Shown here: positions 1 through 12,418 of the stretch, in pieces
Layout of the letters: every line of letters begins with the position of its first letter
How positions within the stretch are numbered: position 1 is the first letter of the stretch
NCBI GenBank assembly: GCA_051294375.1
Contig: CM119266.1
Coordinates: 9,618,538-9,682,537 of the forward strand
Direction of reading: 5' to 3'
DNA length: 64,000 nucleotides
Source of the DNA: Paraspadella gotoi
Taxonomy: Eukaryota; Animalia; Chaetognatha
Translations under genes and position numbers: made by a program
The notes under the pieces: generated by a model
Told to the model about the DNA's origin: nothing
The model's input: the letters and a program-made list of their open reading frames with translations, nothing else
Databases searched by the model: none

Positions 1-136
1 TCTCAAAGTTTCCCGCGTCCAAAATCCCATCTTCGACGGGTTGAGTGCAGTTGAGGATAAATTTATGCGTGATTTTTTTCTTGCTTCCGCCTTTTGCTTT
101 ACCCTTGGCCGCCGTTTTCTTTCCAGCGATCACCAT
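1..136 (-). CDS. RPL22: 60S ribosomal protein L22 (eL22), 5' part; runs off the window
   Basis: Not in the ORF track. The minus strand from ATG at 136 reads [45 protein letters not shown], matching the eL22 motif [21 protein letters not shown]. Confidence 0.92.
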   Translation of the reverse strand, partial: MVIAGKKTAAKGKAKGGSKKKITHKFILNCTQPVEDGILDAGNFE

Positions 137-237
137 TTTACAGGGTTTTTTCTTCTTTAAAAATTAAAACTTTAACAATCTGAAAAATAAAACAATATAA
201 CGAATCACAGTAATCTTACGGTAAAACGGACAGTTTA

Positions 238-1042
238 CTAATCGTCGCCGAGGTCGGGGTCTTTCTCTCCCGAGTCACTATCGTCGCGTTTAGTATCGGT
301 GACGTCTACATGTTCGATTGTTTCGAAGGAACCATCGTTGGACCACACGGCCATCACGTGGATCTTAAACTCGGCCATCTGGCGTCCGAGCAACTTAAGC
401 ACGCGTGCTTGTTCTGGTTTAAGAACGTCGCCGTTTGTGCAAACTTTGTGCTCCTTTGTCAGCGTCACCACGCCACGTTCGAGCTTGGTGGGCAAGCCCA
501 GCCCGCGCAGTTGAGGCTCCATTGAGTGTGAAAATCCTTCCATGGGCCCGGCGGGAATCGTGACGTCCTCTTCGGCCAAGCAGCCAGTCCGAGCGAAATC
601 CAAATCAGAGTAAGAGTCGAACCACGATACGACATCGTCCTTGGTAGAATTGGTGAAGAGCAACCCGCGTTGACCTTTGAGGCATCCGCTTACGCGGTGT
701 AAACCGTCTTTGTATTCTTCCTCATCGGAATTGCCTAAAAACAATTGTGGTTTTTAAAGGTTTTTAAAGGGATTTATTTATATACTTTTTAAGCGGGAAA
801 TAGACCTTACCCAACGCTAAAGCCATAACTTTGTTTTTCCCGAAGAAGAATTTGCTGTGACGCCATTCTTCGCGAACTTCCTTCAGTTTATTATTTCGCA
901 TATTTTCCACTCTGACGACGAAGACTCGGGCGTATTTGTCCGCCGCATCTCTCACTTTTTTCACGACCTCCTGCTTCAATTCGAGCCCCTTTTTCGACGT
1001 TCTCGTCAGGGAGATCGTTTTTTCCCTTTTTGACTTGGGCAT
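238..1042 (-). CDS. MRTO4: mRNA turnover protein 4 (Mrt4, uL10-like ribosome assembly factor), 2 exons
   Basis: MPKSKREKTISLTRTSKKG...NMRNNKLK...FFFGKNKVMALALG, GT-AG intron 735-810, then GLLFTN...FSHSMEPQLRGLGLPTKL...LKPEQARVLKLLG. Confidence 0.95.
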
Positions 1043-1298
1043 GGCTATAAAATAACCCTTTGAGTCTTAGAAAAAGAATCACAAGGGTAACTGAAAAGAA
1101 AAAGACCCATCAAAAACAATGCGAAGAAACAAACGTTACAAAATATATAACAAACGTCACAGTCGAAAAAAACACTAATGAATTATCTATGAAGTTTCCT
1201 TTCGAGCAGAAAGAAATGGAATGAGGGTGAGAAAAAAGAGGGAGGAACGATAGCGAAACGTCAAAACGTCGCTAAAAAGGAATTTCTGAGAAAAGCAG

Positions 1299-2815
1299 TT
1301 AGTCGGACTCTTCGATGATCTCGTCGTCCGAATCCGAGGCGCTTTCATCGAGATCCGAGGACAAATAGTACTGAAGAGGATTGGACCAGAGATCTTCTTT
1401 GATGGCCTGAACAAACGGAGTAAAGGTAGAATAAGGAATCGAAGAGTTTTTTTCCACTGTCGTCAACCAGGCTAAAAAGGTAAACGAACTTCGGCGATGT
1501 CGTCGTTGGAGGGATCATTGTTCTCCGCGAACCACGAGAAAAAGGATCGGTGGCTGACGGAGTTGCGTTTTTGCCCGACTCTATTCTGGATCGCTTTTTG
1601 CTTTTTGCAAAGATCGACGCCCGGAAGCCACTTGAAAGTGCACAAAATTAATACATTAATAGATAATTTCATGGAACAATACAGTTGCATAGTATAAAAA
1701 CATACAGAACCAAACAATGAAAATTGGCTTTATACATCTGGAGTTAAATCGCTTAAACAACGACATCGTTATTTCACAATAACCAGTTAACTAACTCTCT
1801 CCTCTAATAAATTATTTTCCATATTTTTCGTTAGGCCTTTCATAATTTGCAATAGAAGATAATAACCCTCACTAATCGATGCGAATGACCTCGGGTTGTG
1901 GGCAGCTCACAATTTTCGCCCGACGGACGGATGTTGACTTCGCGTTTAATTATCTGTTGGTTCGAGAGAAGAGGAACGATAACACGAAGAGAAAGGAAAT
2001 AAATCGGTTAATCACCGATGGATTTCCGAGCGCGGGGGCCTCGCTTTATAATTCAGCGGGACTCTCGATGTCATCGTTCCTCTCGTTCTCCGAGGAGATT
2101 GAACCAGAGCTGCCTTTCGCTCAAAACTTTTCTATCGACGCGCGGTTTTGCGGTCACTCCCCGAATAACGGGGTAACTCACCTCGATGACCGTAGAAGTG
2201 GAGAGTGGCTCCCCCGACGATCCCAATTTAAACTCTTTCGCCAATTCGGCGTTAGAAAAGAACGGATTCTCGTTAAAAAAGAAAATTATTTTGAAACCCG
2301 CCTTAATATCGGCGTATTCCTCAACCTCTATTTCCTTCAAACCGTTTAGGCATTCGGCTTCATTTTTCAGCAGGATGGAAGAGATCTGCGTAGTACAACA
2401 ATATGGTAAAGTTGAAAACGTTTTCTTTTGACTTCGGTTGTAATATTCCTTATGCGATATCAATCAGTCGTACCAAAGGATGATTCATGAAGGCAGTCGC
2501 CCAAAAATTTGGAATGGAGGTAATGAGATGCTTTCTCTTCTCGAAGTACGGCTGCCTCAGACCGTTGTATTTCTCCACTATACGGAGAATCTCCTCGCTC
2601 GCCTGTCCGTTCAACCCGTCGATATCGCTTTGGCAACGATCCATCTCCTCCAGAAGTTTTTGCAATTCTTAAAAGAAACGAGTGCGTGAGACAAACACGG
2701 CGTCGCAAACCGAAATAGGCCCAAATTCCCGGTCAGAGATCTTACCGGCATTTTCTTTCGTTCCTGCGCCCAGCGAGCCGCTGTTCGCCGGAAAGTCCCC
2801 CGGCGCGGGATTCAT
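1299..2815 (-). CDS. SET/TAF-I-like histone chaperone (NAP family), multi-exon, short acidic tail
   Basis: Exons encode QSDIDGLNGQASEEILRIVEKYNGLRQPYFEKR...IPNFWATAFMNHP, IKAGFKIIFFFNENPFFSN, SFFSWF and IKEDLWSNPLQYYL; TAA at 1299-1301. The start codon at 2815 is tentative. Confidence 0.88.
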
Positions 2816-2981
2816 GTTAGCATCAATCGAAAAACATGCCTCCGCTTTAATTGAGCAACAAATCAACAATTAAAGCATTCACTATTTCTTTTTTGTCTTT
2901 AAAGTGAGGAATGGCAAAAATGAATTGACAATGAAGCCGAGGGCGAGTCAAAGAGCAAGCAACAAGGTTTTATCACAGAAT

Positions 2982-4946
2982 TTAAGAAAGACCGCCAGGT
3001 AACGTATTGTACTGCTTGTTCTGAGTCCCAGAGTTGCCGATAGAAGCTCCGGCGGCGAAAATTTGCGGCGGCGCCCCAGTGATGAGCGAACTGAAAGTTG
3101 AAGACGCAGTGTGCGAGCTTGACGACGCTGACGAGGACGAAGCCGCCGCCACGGAGAGAGTGCTGCTCGAGATGGGAGAGTCGCCTTTGAGCGTCCCGAT
3201 GCATTTCCAATTGTCCATGTAGTTGGCTTTCCAAAGTCGGACGCATCCGTCGTCGCCGGACGAGGCCAAAATAGTTCCGGTCACGTTCCATGAAATTCGC
3301 CAAACCTGTTTTTTTTTTTTTAAGTATAAAAGTATACGTTTTTTCTAACTACCAATTAATTTTTATTTTTACACTTAATGGTTAAGTGATAAAATCACTA
3401 AAGCTTCCATTAAAACTTTTTCAAACCTGGGAGTTGTGTTCGTTGAAAGAGGCGATTTGACGAATCTCAAATTTGCTGTAAGGCGTTTGACCGGTAGCCC
3501 CGTTGACTGGTTTAAGCGAAACAATCTTGACGTCGCGGGAGGCGATCGCAAGCAGATGATAGGATCGACCAAAGTTGGGAGCGAACGCCATGTCGTGGAC
3601 AGGTTCTACAGATGAATATTGGAATGAGGCTTCGAAAGTAAATCAATCACTTTAGAATAATAATTGTTTACCAGTAGCGCTAATAATCGCCTCAACCTTC
3701 TGCCATTTCCGTGAATTTTCATTGAATTCGTAAATTTGAACTTTGCTGCTGCCAGAAGTCGAGGGTTCGTCAGAACCAACTAGAATGTTAAAGATAGATT
3801 TAATCAATTAAGTTTGAGTAATGAGTACTTTAGGATCGGAAGGGAAAAGTGCAAACACAATTTTTTTAAAATAAAAGTATTTTGCCTGCAATCATTGGAA
3901 GGTGAGCTCGACTAGGATTCCAGGCTATGCAGCTGCAGGACATTTTGTTGTTAATTTCGAGTTGCAAACTCCATTGCGACAAGTTCATGACGTCTGGGGC
4001 CTCGTAGATGCGAACCATTCCGTCAGAGGAGCAGGTGGCCAATTGTAGCCCGATGTGTTTTGGCGCGAACTTGACATCGGTAACGCTGGTCCGTGAATCG
4101 ACTAATGACGTCCGCTTAACCCAGTGCGAGGAAAAACCGGAGGATGATCCACCACCGCCTCCACGTTCAGGCCCGTGATCGCCGCCTGCTGAGATCTCTT
4201 CCCAAATAGTCGCCGTGCGGTCAAAGGAACATGTGGCTAAAATAAAAGAATAAATTTTCTAAAAAGCCTCTGTTATCAAACTTTCACAGACGAGAAAGTT
4301 CTCTGCTAGACTGCTGGAGTCAAATAGTAGGTAACTTATCCTATGAATTATTAATTTAAAAAGTTTGATTTTATAACTAATCAATAACCCTTACCTAGCA
4401 CTTGTCCAAATTCAGGATGGGCCCATGTAACTCTCCAGACGCTGCCAGCGTGGGCCTTCCAGTGAGCAACTTGCTTGGAAGAGCCATCTTCAGCTATATC
4501 CCAAACCTTCAAATTGCATATATCGTATAACATATAGTTAATAAATATAAAAGTGAATCTAAAGTACCACAAACCAATTATTTCTAAAATTCTAACTTCT
4601 TGATAAAAAAATTATAAATAGAACATTAAATTTAATGATAATAATAATTAAAAAGCAGCGATTTGTAACCTTAATGTAATAATATGCAATTAGAGTACAC
4701 AAATACTAGTTGTCAATAATATTTTGTACTATAAAAATAGTACAACTCGTATAGGTTTCTGTCAAGAAATCGTTCCCTAGCACAGACTGTAAAGCTTCAT
4801 TACAGGGTTCAAATAACAACAGAAAATAAACTAACCTTAATACTTTGATCAGACGAACATGTAGCCATACGTCGCCCATAGTGATCGTAGGAGACATCGT
4901 GAATAAGATCCTTGTGTTCGGTATCCACGCTTTTAGCGACAAACAT
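2982..4946 (-). CDS. SEH1L: Nucleoporin / GATOR2 subunit Seh1 (WD40), multi-exon
   Basis: [37 protein letters not shown]; [20 protein letters not shown]; [26 protein letters not shown]. Confidence 0.95.
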
Positions 4947-6055
4947 CTTTAATTCAAAGAACTTGACTTAATTTATGCTTAATACTTAACAATGTGAAGA
5001 AAAAAATTGTATGGGCTCATAATAACTTAAACAGCTCTAAAATTTGTAAAACAGGAGAAAATTTTCCGAAAATAAACTTTTTTGAACGTAACGTTTCCTC
5101 CGAAGCCATCCTTCATTTTTCCTTTGATGATCGCGCATGCGTTCGAACAACAAACATCGAATTCCATCGATTCCGTTGACTGATCTTATAATTTCGGTCG
5201 AAATTTGGCAATTTATATTTATATCGATTACGTGCTTGTTTCAACTACATTTGGATTCTGTAGTAGGTTTAAACTTTATTAGGCATAGTGAATAAATCCA
5301 CGTATAAACTCATAAAACCTAAGAATAAAAAGTTAAAGATGGTGCGGGTTCCGGGGAACAAAAGAGCAAGGGTCTGCTGGAGCCCGGAGGAAGAGCGGCG
5401 GTCGGCGGCGGCTTGCTTCGCCTTCGCCTTCGCTTTCGGTTCAACTTCCGAGGGGAAAATGGGGCTGACGTGTGTCCGTCTGTCTGCTGCTGGAATGTTT
5501 CACGAGCAGCTGTAACGGTTGCAAAGGACTTTTGACTACTCGTAAATATACTAATGATTTATTTTTAAGGTTCGGTTTTGCGTGGAACACTAAAATAAAA
5601 GACTTACATCATCAGAGACCTACATCGCTCATAAATCAACATCAAAACATGGGAATGTTTCTTCAAATGGTACACGTGTACAAAAAAATGGATGCGGCGT
5701 TAAATAAACATTTGACGGCATTAATGTTTCCCCCGAATTAACGTTGGATTGACTTTGGAAAGTTGTCGTTTCAAGTCGGAAACGTAAATTTCTCACAGGT
5801 TATTGCCGAATAGTAATACCAAATCGTTGTAGTTTCACATAGCGGTCGGTACATTTGTTGCTTTGATCATTCATAACTGTTATGCTAAGGACGAACAAAA
5901 CTTGTTTAAAGTGCTTTCAACCGAAGTTTACGGGCTCAAGTAACATTTTAAGTTTGACAATAAGAATACAATTAGACTTTTTCACAGGTTTTTAATTGAG
6001 ATAAGGCAGATTTTAATTATTGTATTGATTCTTAGGACTGCACCCACTACTTAAA
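4947..6055. promoter_or_regulatory. Divergent (strand-switch) region, probable bidirectional promoter, with NRF1-like palindrome GCGCATGCG at 5133-5141
   Basis: Lies between the head of the minus-strand run and the head of the plus-strand run. The motif resembles the NRF1/Ewg site GCGCATGCGC; function is inferred only. Confidence 0.4.
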
Positions 6056-6227
6056 ATGAAATTACGAAAAAAATGCGGAAAAACAATATGAAACTGCAAC
6101 CGACGAATCGCAATTATCCCAAAATTGCGTTAAGACACAATCGAAAAAATTTTCAAGTGCCTCAAATGAAACTGCTAATTCACGAATCCATCCAAGTAGT
6201 GTCCTTTTGAACATTCTTTCTGAGCCA

Positions 6228-8764
6228 ATGGAGACCAAATTCCCAAACGAACCTTCAGATAACAATCAGGTTACGACGCAGGTTTTTGTCTATCATAAGT
6301 ATCAAAGTTTGTCATGGGTTCAGATTTTTTCTATGCGATTGTGGCGATTGTAAATTTACAAACACTGCTAAGTAACGTTATTTTAACAAAAGTTCTAAAT
6401 AAGGAAAACATATAAGCTAATAATTAACTAACAACTTGATAATTTATTATTTTTTAGTCACAAGGGTAATTTCAATCAATATTTTTTGTTCAGAATTATA
6501 AGAGAATTTCTTCAATACAGTCTTTGGACGATTCCATTCCTGAACCTTCCGATCAACGTAAGTGAGGCCTATTTTAGTTTGTAATTTCTTTCTTCCATCG
6601 TCAATATATTTCCAACTATCAATTAAGATGAAGAAGAATTTGAAGATGTTGGAGAAGATGAGCAAGCCAATTGCACGCAATCTTCGGCATATCTTTCGGC
6701 GTCTGGAGGAACGGAGCTTTATTCTTCATTTCGATCAAATATTCTTCGCTCGTCCCTTCGTAGCAACTCCAGTTGCGGCTCGAGTCCTGGAAGAGGTTGG
6801 TTTCCGATTAATATGACAATAACTGAAAGCACAGATGGTTTACGAACTCATGTACAAGTAAGCGTTTTTTATTCTTTAAATTATAAAAATTTTCTGCAGC
6901 AAGTCGAAGAATAACTGACCACTCTGGAAATACTCGTGCCTCACCGAATAGTCATATCATTGGATTGGACTATTCCCATAGTAGGCAACCAAGTTTAGAT
7001 TCCCAGGTAAAAAAAATTTCGACCCGAATAAATGTCAACTGTTTTAAAATGAGTTTGGATAAGAGAAAATTGTTTGTTCTGAAAATAAATATAGGTGGGG
7101 TACGGATAGAGTAAAAAAAAGTGTGAGACTGAGTATTCCTGGTTTTGTTATACAGATATGGATGAATTCAAGAAGTCCAAATGATTCCGATATTTATGTG
7201 GTGATTATTTTTTTTATTCTGGTATTTAATTTTCCATGCTTTTACTAACAATTTGTAATTGTATGTATTTAATAAATAAACCCGATTTATTCCGATTTAA
7301 TCCAAAAAGGGGTTTTGTTAACAGAGTGTTTACATTTTAGTCAAAAGGGTGAATTATAAATACTAAGTTGACCTAGTCAGAAAAGACCCGTCTCTGAGGG
7401 TAAGGTATGGTTTCATAGCTTACTACATGCCTTGCAATTAGTTTTAATAATATTTCTAATAAAAGGTTTGTACACATTTTGATCTCCAGGGCATTACCAT
7501 GGAGGAAATAGACGGAACAATGTCTACCTTGGAAGACCGAGTTGCTCAACTTGATGAGGAGTTGCAAACAGCGAAAACCAACCTTGAAGCAAATATAAGA
7601 AAAAATAGAATTTTAAAAGCAGAAAATCAGGAGTTACGGGTAAGTTGAAAAATAAGTGCGAGGAAAATAAGATCTTGCTGTAATTAAATGAAATATTGAC
7701 AGGAAAAGCTGTTTCGAACCGAAGAACAGTTGAAAGATAACGAGGTTCGGTGGGCGACCGAAGTAAAAAATGAAGAAAAGCGATATCAGGAGTGCCTTTT
7801 TAAACTGGAAAAGACAAAAAATAATGAGATTGATGAATTATTAGCTACTCAATATGATTTGGAGGACGAAAACGGCCGACTGAAGGTTGAGACCAATCAA
7901 TTGAAAAAATCAATTGAAACTTATTCCTTGAAAAATACATTGCTTGAAGAGCGACTGCAACTCGAGGTAAAAATAATATTTTAAAACCCAAACGATCTCT
8001 GGATATTATTTATGATTTATCGATTTCAAATATTTAGTCACAGAAATATCAAACCATTGTTGATTCGCAAACGTTGGAACGAGATAATTTGAATCGGGAA
8101 CGAATTAACAGTTCTAATTTAATTGACGAGCTCTGTAAAGAATTGGAAGAGTTGAAGGCTTATAAATTGGAAAATGAAAAATCGAAAGGGACATTGCGCA
8201 CATTATCCGTCTCGGATTTACCATGGACAAGGTATTTTAAGGTTCTTCAATAATTTTTTATTGCAATGAAATGATATTTTAGTTTAACTTAATTTTAATT
8301 TAAATTTAAGGTACGACGAACTAGAGCAAGAAATATCGAATCTCAGGCATGAAAATAAAAAATTAAAGTCTTCAAGTGAAGAACTTGAAGCCCGACTGCT
8401 GAATTACAGGTATTTGTGATGTTTGATTTATTTTGATGTTTTATGCTATTTCATAATCGTATCTTTTTCAGTTTGGCTGAGGGCCGCCGCTTGCTTCGTG
8501 GACACAATGTGGAAGATACATCGAGTGAATTAAGTTTTGCTGCAGAAGTGGAAACCATGACAAAGGACGAGGTAACCAATCTAAATATAATTTGCATCAA
8601 CATGTATTTCATTTTCAATCTTGCCTTTTGTTCAGATTATGGAAGCATTGCGAGAACAACGTGAAGTGAATGGGACATTAAGAGAATATGTTGATAAGAT
8701 TCTGCTTTTGGCTATCGAAAAAAATCCATCTATTTTGGAAATTGACGGATCTCCCAAAAAATAA
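6228..8764 (+). CDS. Rab11 family-interacting protein, class II (FIP3/FIP4/Nuf-like), multi-exon
   Basis: Coiled-coil exons followed by a C-terminal Rab11-binding domain [49 protein letters not shown]; TAA 8762-8764. Start uncertain (6228, or 6056 if the A7 run carries an indel). Confidence 0.85.
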
Positions 8765-9511
8765 CATTCCAAAATCTCAATTCGAATGGAAAAAAAAATG
8801 CATATCCTTTGTGCCGATAAATCCCTCTAGATAGCCTATGTCTTAATTGAAATTTTATACTTTGATGTCAGAAGCACAGTTCACATTCCAATTTAGTAAT
8901 TTTTTTTAGTTTTAAGTTTTGATTGTTTACGTCCAATTTAAGTCATGGATACTCTATTAGAGCTTAAAATTTATCTCATTACTCAGCAGATCAGTTTAAC
9001 TCTTGTCATTTTCCGTCCATATAAATCGCGCTTTTAGTTGGCTTTTTCCTAATTAATATTTTCTAGCTTTTTTCATAGAAAATAACGTATATTTTATTTT
9101 TCTTTTGGTTGTTTGGTTGTTGGTCGTTTTCGGTGAGCCACATCCAAAAGTGCACTTTAAACCGTAAACACTGCTTTTGCTAGATTTTAAGCTTTGGATT
9201 TGAGCGTAAGATACATTATTATTATTATATATTACATTATTAACTTGGTGGGCTCGCTTTAGCAAAGTTTCGGCTACTTTAAATGTAAAATAAGCACAGA
9301 AAGTCTTTGTGCCAATATACAGCAAACTCTTATTCATTGACATGGTTTAATTATAAGAATTAGTGTACTTCATATTCTAGTCCGCAGATCTATTTCAGTT
9401 TTAAGAAATAACTGCATTTGTATTTTTGAAAAGATGGTTTCACGTTTGTATGACTATTTGCGCACTTTTTAAAACACTTGTACTTACTTTTTTTTTAGTT
9501 AATGCCGCAAA

Positions 9512-10349
9512 ATGTTGGTGAGTTTTGATGCTGTTGTTAAACAGCATTTAAAATTACTTTCAAGCTTTGACAAAAATGTTTTGACCGAGTTTACCCGCAT
9601 GTCGCTAAACTACATCAACAAAGGAGGGCGAGTGGGAGAAAAAATATATTCATCAGCAGCAAACAAACTGGAGCTTGATCCTGATTCGGTCAAGTAAGAA
9701 AATGATATACTCCTTATGACTCACGAGCAAGTAGGAATATTGAGCCATCACCTTTAAATCAGGAACGCCATCGAAGCTTTATCCAACGTGTTTAAAGTCT
9801 GCGCCGGATACGATTTAGATTCGACAGACTTCGTGGATTCTCTCATCACGGCCGGGCTAAACAGAGAAGCAGCTCTTACCTTGGTCACGTTCTACCTCGA
9901 GAACGTCCCGCATTTGAGAACCGCTCTTTTCGAGGTCGCTTCAGAATCGGGGCCCAGCGGCGTCTTTCCCGCCTACAACGATTTGGAATGGAGGATTCAG
10001 GTTAAAAACGACTGCCTTTTAAGGCATTACGTTCTTAAACCCGACTATTTTTTTCCGCTTTCGAACGTAGGTGGAAATCGCTTCTCGGGCGCTCCGTAAT
10101 CAGTTTATTCCTCGCGTCATCTGCAAGCTCAAGACAGCGACGGCGACGACGCCCACGACCGATGCCTCCCGTGGATCCTTGGAAGACGCTTTGGTTTTTG
10201 GCGACGAGGCCGACGCCTCGGAAAAAACTCATTTGATCGAAATCGCGCCTCGTGATTTGATTCACATAACGCAAACTCTGGAGGAAGCCCTAAGAGAGAT
10301 CAGGTCTTCCCACGCCAGGCGGGTCATGCGTAGCGTGACTTCAACCTAA
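9512..10349 (+). CDS. COMMD2: COMM domain-containing protein 2, 3 exons
   Basis: KQHLKLL...EFTRMS...KIYSSAANKL; PAYNDLEWRIQVEIASRALRNQFIP; LIHITQTLEEALREIRSSHARRVMR. Confidence 0.9.
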
Positions 10350-10588
10350 ATTACGTGACTCTAGTTTGATTCGAATCTTGTTACATTCCACCTTTTTCCT
10401 TCAATCATGTTACTGATGACGAATTATTGTTGATCTCATATTTCCTAATTCATAGTCATTAAATTCCTTCCGTTGATTTATTTTGTAAAGCAGTTAAATT
10501 GCTGGAGGGACGGTGATTCTCCCTACGCTAACGAATTTCGAAGATCCCGTTAGCTCTTGGGCCAAAACTAAAATAAAATTGATTCAAG

Positions 10589-11489
10589 ATGAATGTTTTC
10601 CGTTTAATCGGAGATTTATCTCATTTGTTGGCGATCGTCCTGCTGTTGTGGAAAATCTGGAAAACCAGATCCTGTGCCGGTAAGTTTTGTTCAATCCTGT
10701 TCCATAGTTTTATTACTTTTATAGTAGTCAGTTTTCGAATCACTTCGTGTCCACAGGCATTTCTGGAAAATCGCAGATATTGTTTGCCCTGGTCTTCACC
10801 ACCCGATACTTGGACTTGGTGACCAATTTCGTCTCGGTCTACAATACCTGCATGAAGATTTTCTTCATTGCCGCGTCCTTTGGAACTGTTTATCTCATGT
10901 TGCTAAAGTTCAAGGCCACATACAACAGCAATCATGACACTTTCAGAATAGGTAATTTGTCATGTTTTTCTTTTATTATCACGACGCTTAAAAATATATA
11001 TATTTTTTTTTTCAGAATTTCTACTGATACCCGCGGTTATATTTTCCGTATTAATCAATCACTCATTCGACGTGATGGAAATCCTCTGGACATTCTCAAT
11101 CTACTTGGAATCAGTCGCCATTCTTCCCCAACTTTTTATGATCAGCAAAACAGGAGAGGCCGAATCTATTACATCTCATTACTTGTTCGCTCTTGGAGCT
11201 TACCGGGCTTTTTACATCATGAACTGGGCTTATAGGTATCAAAGCAGTCATTAAAAAAAAATTAGTTTCACTGTTTTCATATAATTTAAAATTGTGTGAC
11301 GCTAAGACTAAAAAATTTTTAAAACATTTTTCCCCCCCCTTTTTATTTGTACTTAGGTACTACTTCGAAGGTTTTTACGATTTGATTGCAATTTTCGCGG
11401 GATGCGTTCAGACCATTCTCTACTGCGACTTTTTCTACCTGTATATCACAAAAGTGCTGAAAGGCAAGAAGCTCGCTCTTCCGGCCTAA
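10589..11489 (+). CDS. KDELR: ER lumen protein-retaining receptor (KDEL receptor/ERD2), 4 exons
   Basis: [16 protein letters not shown]...[21 protein letters not shown]...[19 protein letters not shown]...[28 protein letters not shown]. Confidence 0.97.
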
Positions 11490-12221
11490 ATTTTCTTCAG
11501 GTCACTGTGAAGGCTTCAACATCATTGCCAATCACGACAAACAAATATATATTTATGTGCGCTGTTCATGGACTCATATTCGGCTTACGTTTGCAGTTTC
11601 ACCATCCGCATTCCATTCATGTGTCAGTTACGTTTTTAGGAATTAAATTTCTAAGTGTTGGAATATGAGCGAATAAAGTCATTACCAAGTCACATCGTTT
11701 AGAATTTTATATCGCCTTGTAAAATACCTGCATCTTCTAAACTAATTTTTTTCTGAGAAGTGCGGATTTTGAACAAGACTAACGCTTATTTCCTTATATT
11801 CTTACCATTAGTTAGTTTATTGGATACCTGCGTCTGTGAAGAATCGTCTCATTTGTTAGTAGTTTTTAAAGTAGTATTTCGAGAAAAAAATTTTATTTCA
11901 TAAATTTATTTACGCAGGTATCTTGCATTTGCGAATGGTAATTTTACAGAATTAGTCGAGAATTTCCAGGAATAAATTAAATTTTTTTTTCATAGTCGGT
12001 CGTTATAGATCAAATACAGAGTAATGGAATTGTTGTCGTTAAAAAACCCTCCCTGTTGAATTTTATACGAAAATTGTTGTGATTTTGATAGTATATATTA
12101 ACTTGTCCGATGCAAATTTTTTTTCCCATTAAAAAAATAATAAATTAAGTTTTTTTTCATCTCCTGGGGATATATCTTATCTTTTCAGACCAGCAAACTA
12201 AAAAAAAATCTCTTTACGACG

Positions 12222-12416
12222 ATGTACTTGATGTATTATCTGAACGCCGAAGGCAAACGAGTCTACACCCTGGACAAAGTCGATCCTCAAGGAAATCCCA
12301 CCATCTCCGCCCATCCGGCGCGGTTTTCCCCGGACGACAAATTCTCTCGTCACCGCTACACGGTCAAGAAGAGGTTCGGACTCTTGCCAACGCAAGCCCC
12401 GTCCAAAGTCTGGTAA
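12222..12416 (+). CDS. NOP10: H/ACA snoRNP subunit Nop10, intronless
   Basis: 64 aa [17 protein letters not shown]...[30 protein letters not shown]. Confidence 0.97.
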   Translation: MYLMYYLNAEGKRVYTLDKVDPQGNPTISAHPARFSPDDKFSRHRYTVKKRFGLLPTQAPSKVW

Positions 12417-12418
12417 CC

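Noticed and set aside
1861-1875. aataaccctcactaa resembles the phage T3 promoter (vector contamination?)
   Set aside because: Only a partial match lacking the AGGG end, with no polylinker, and it lies inside a coherent intron.
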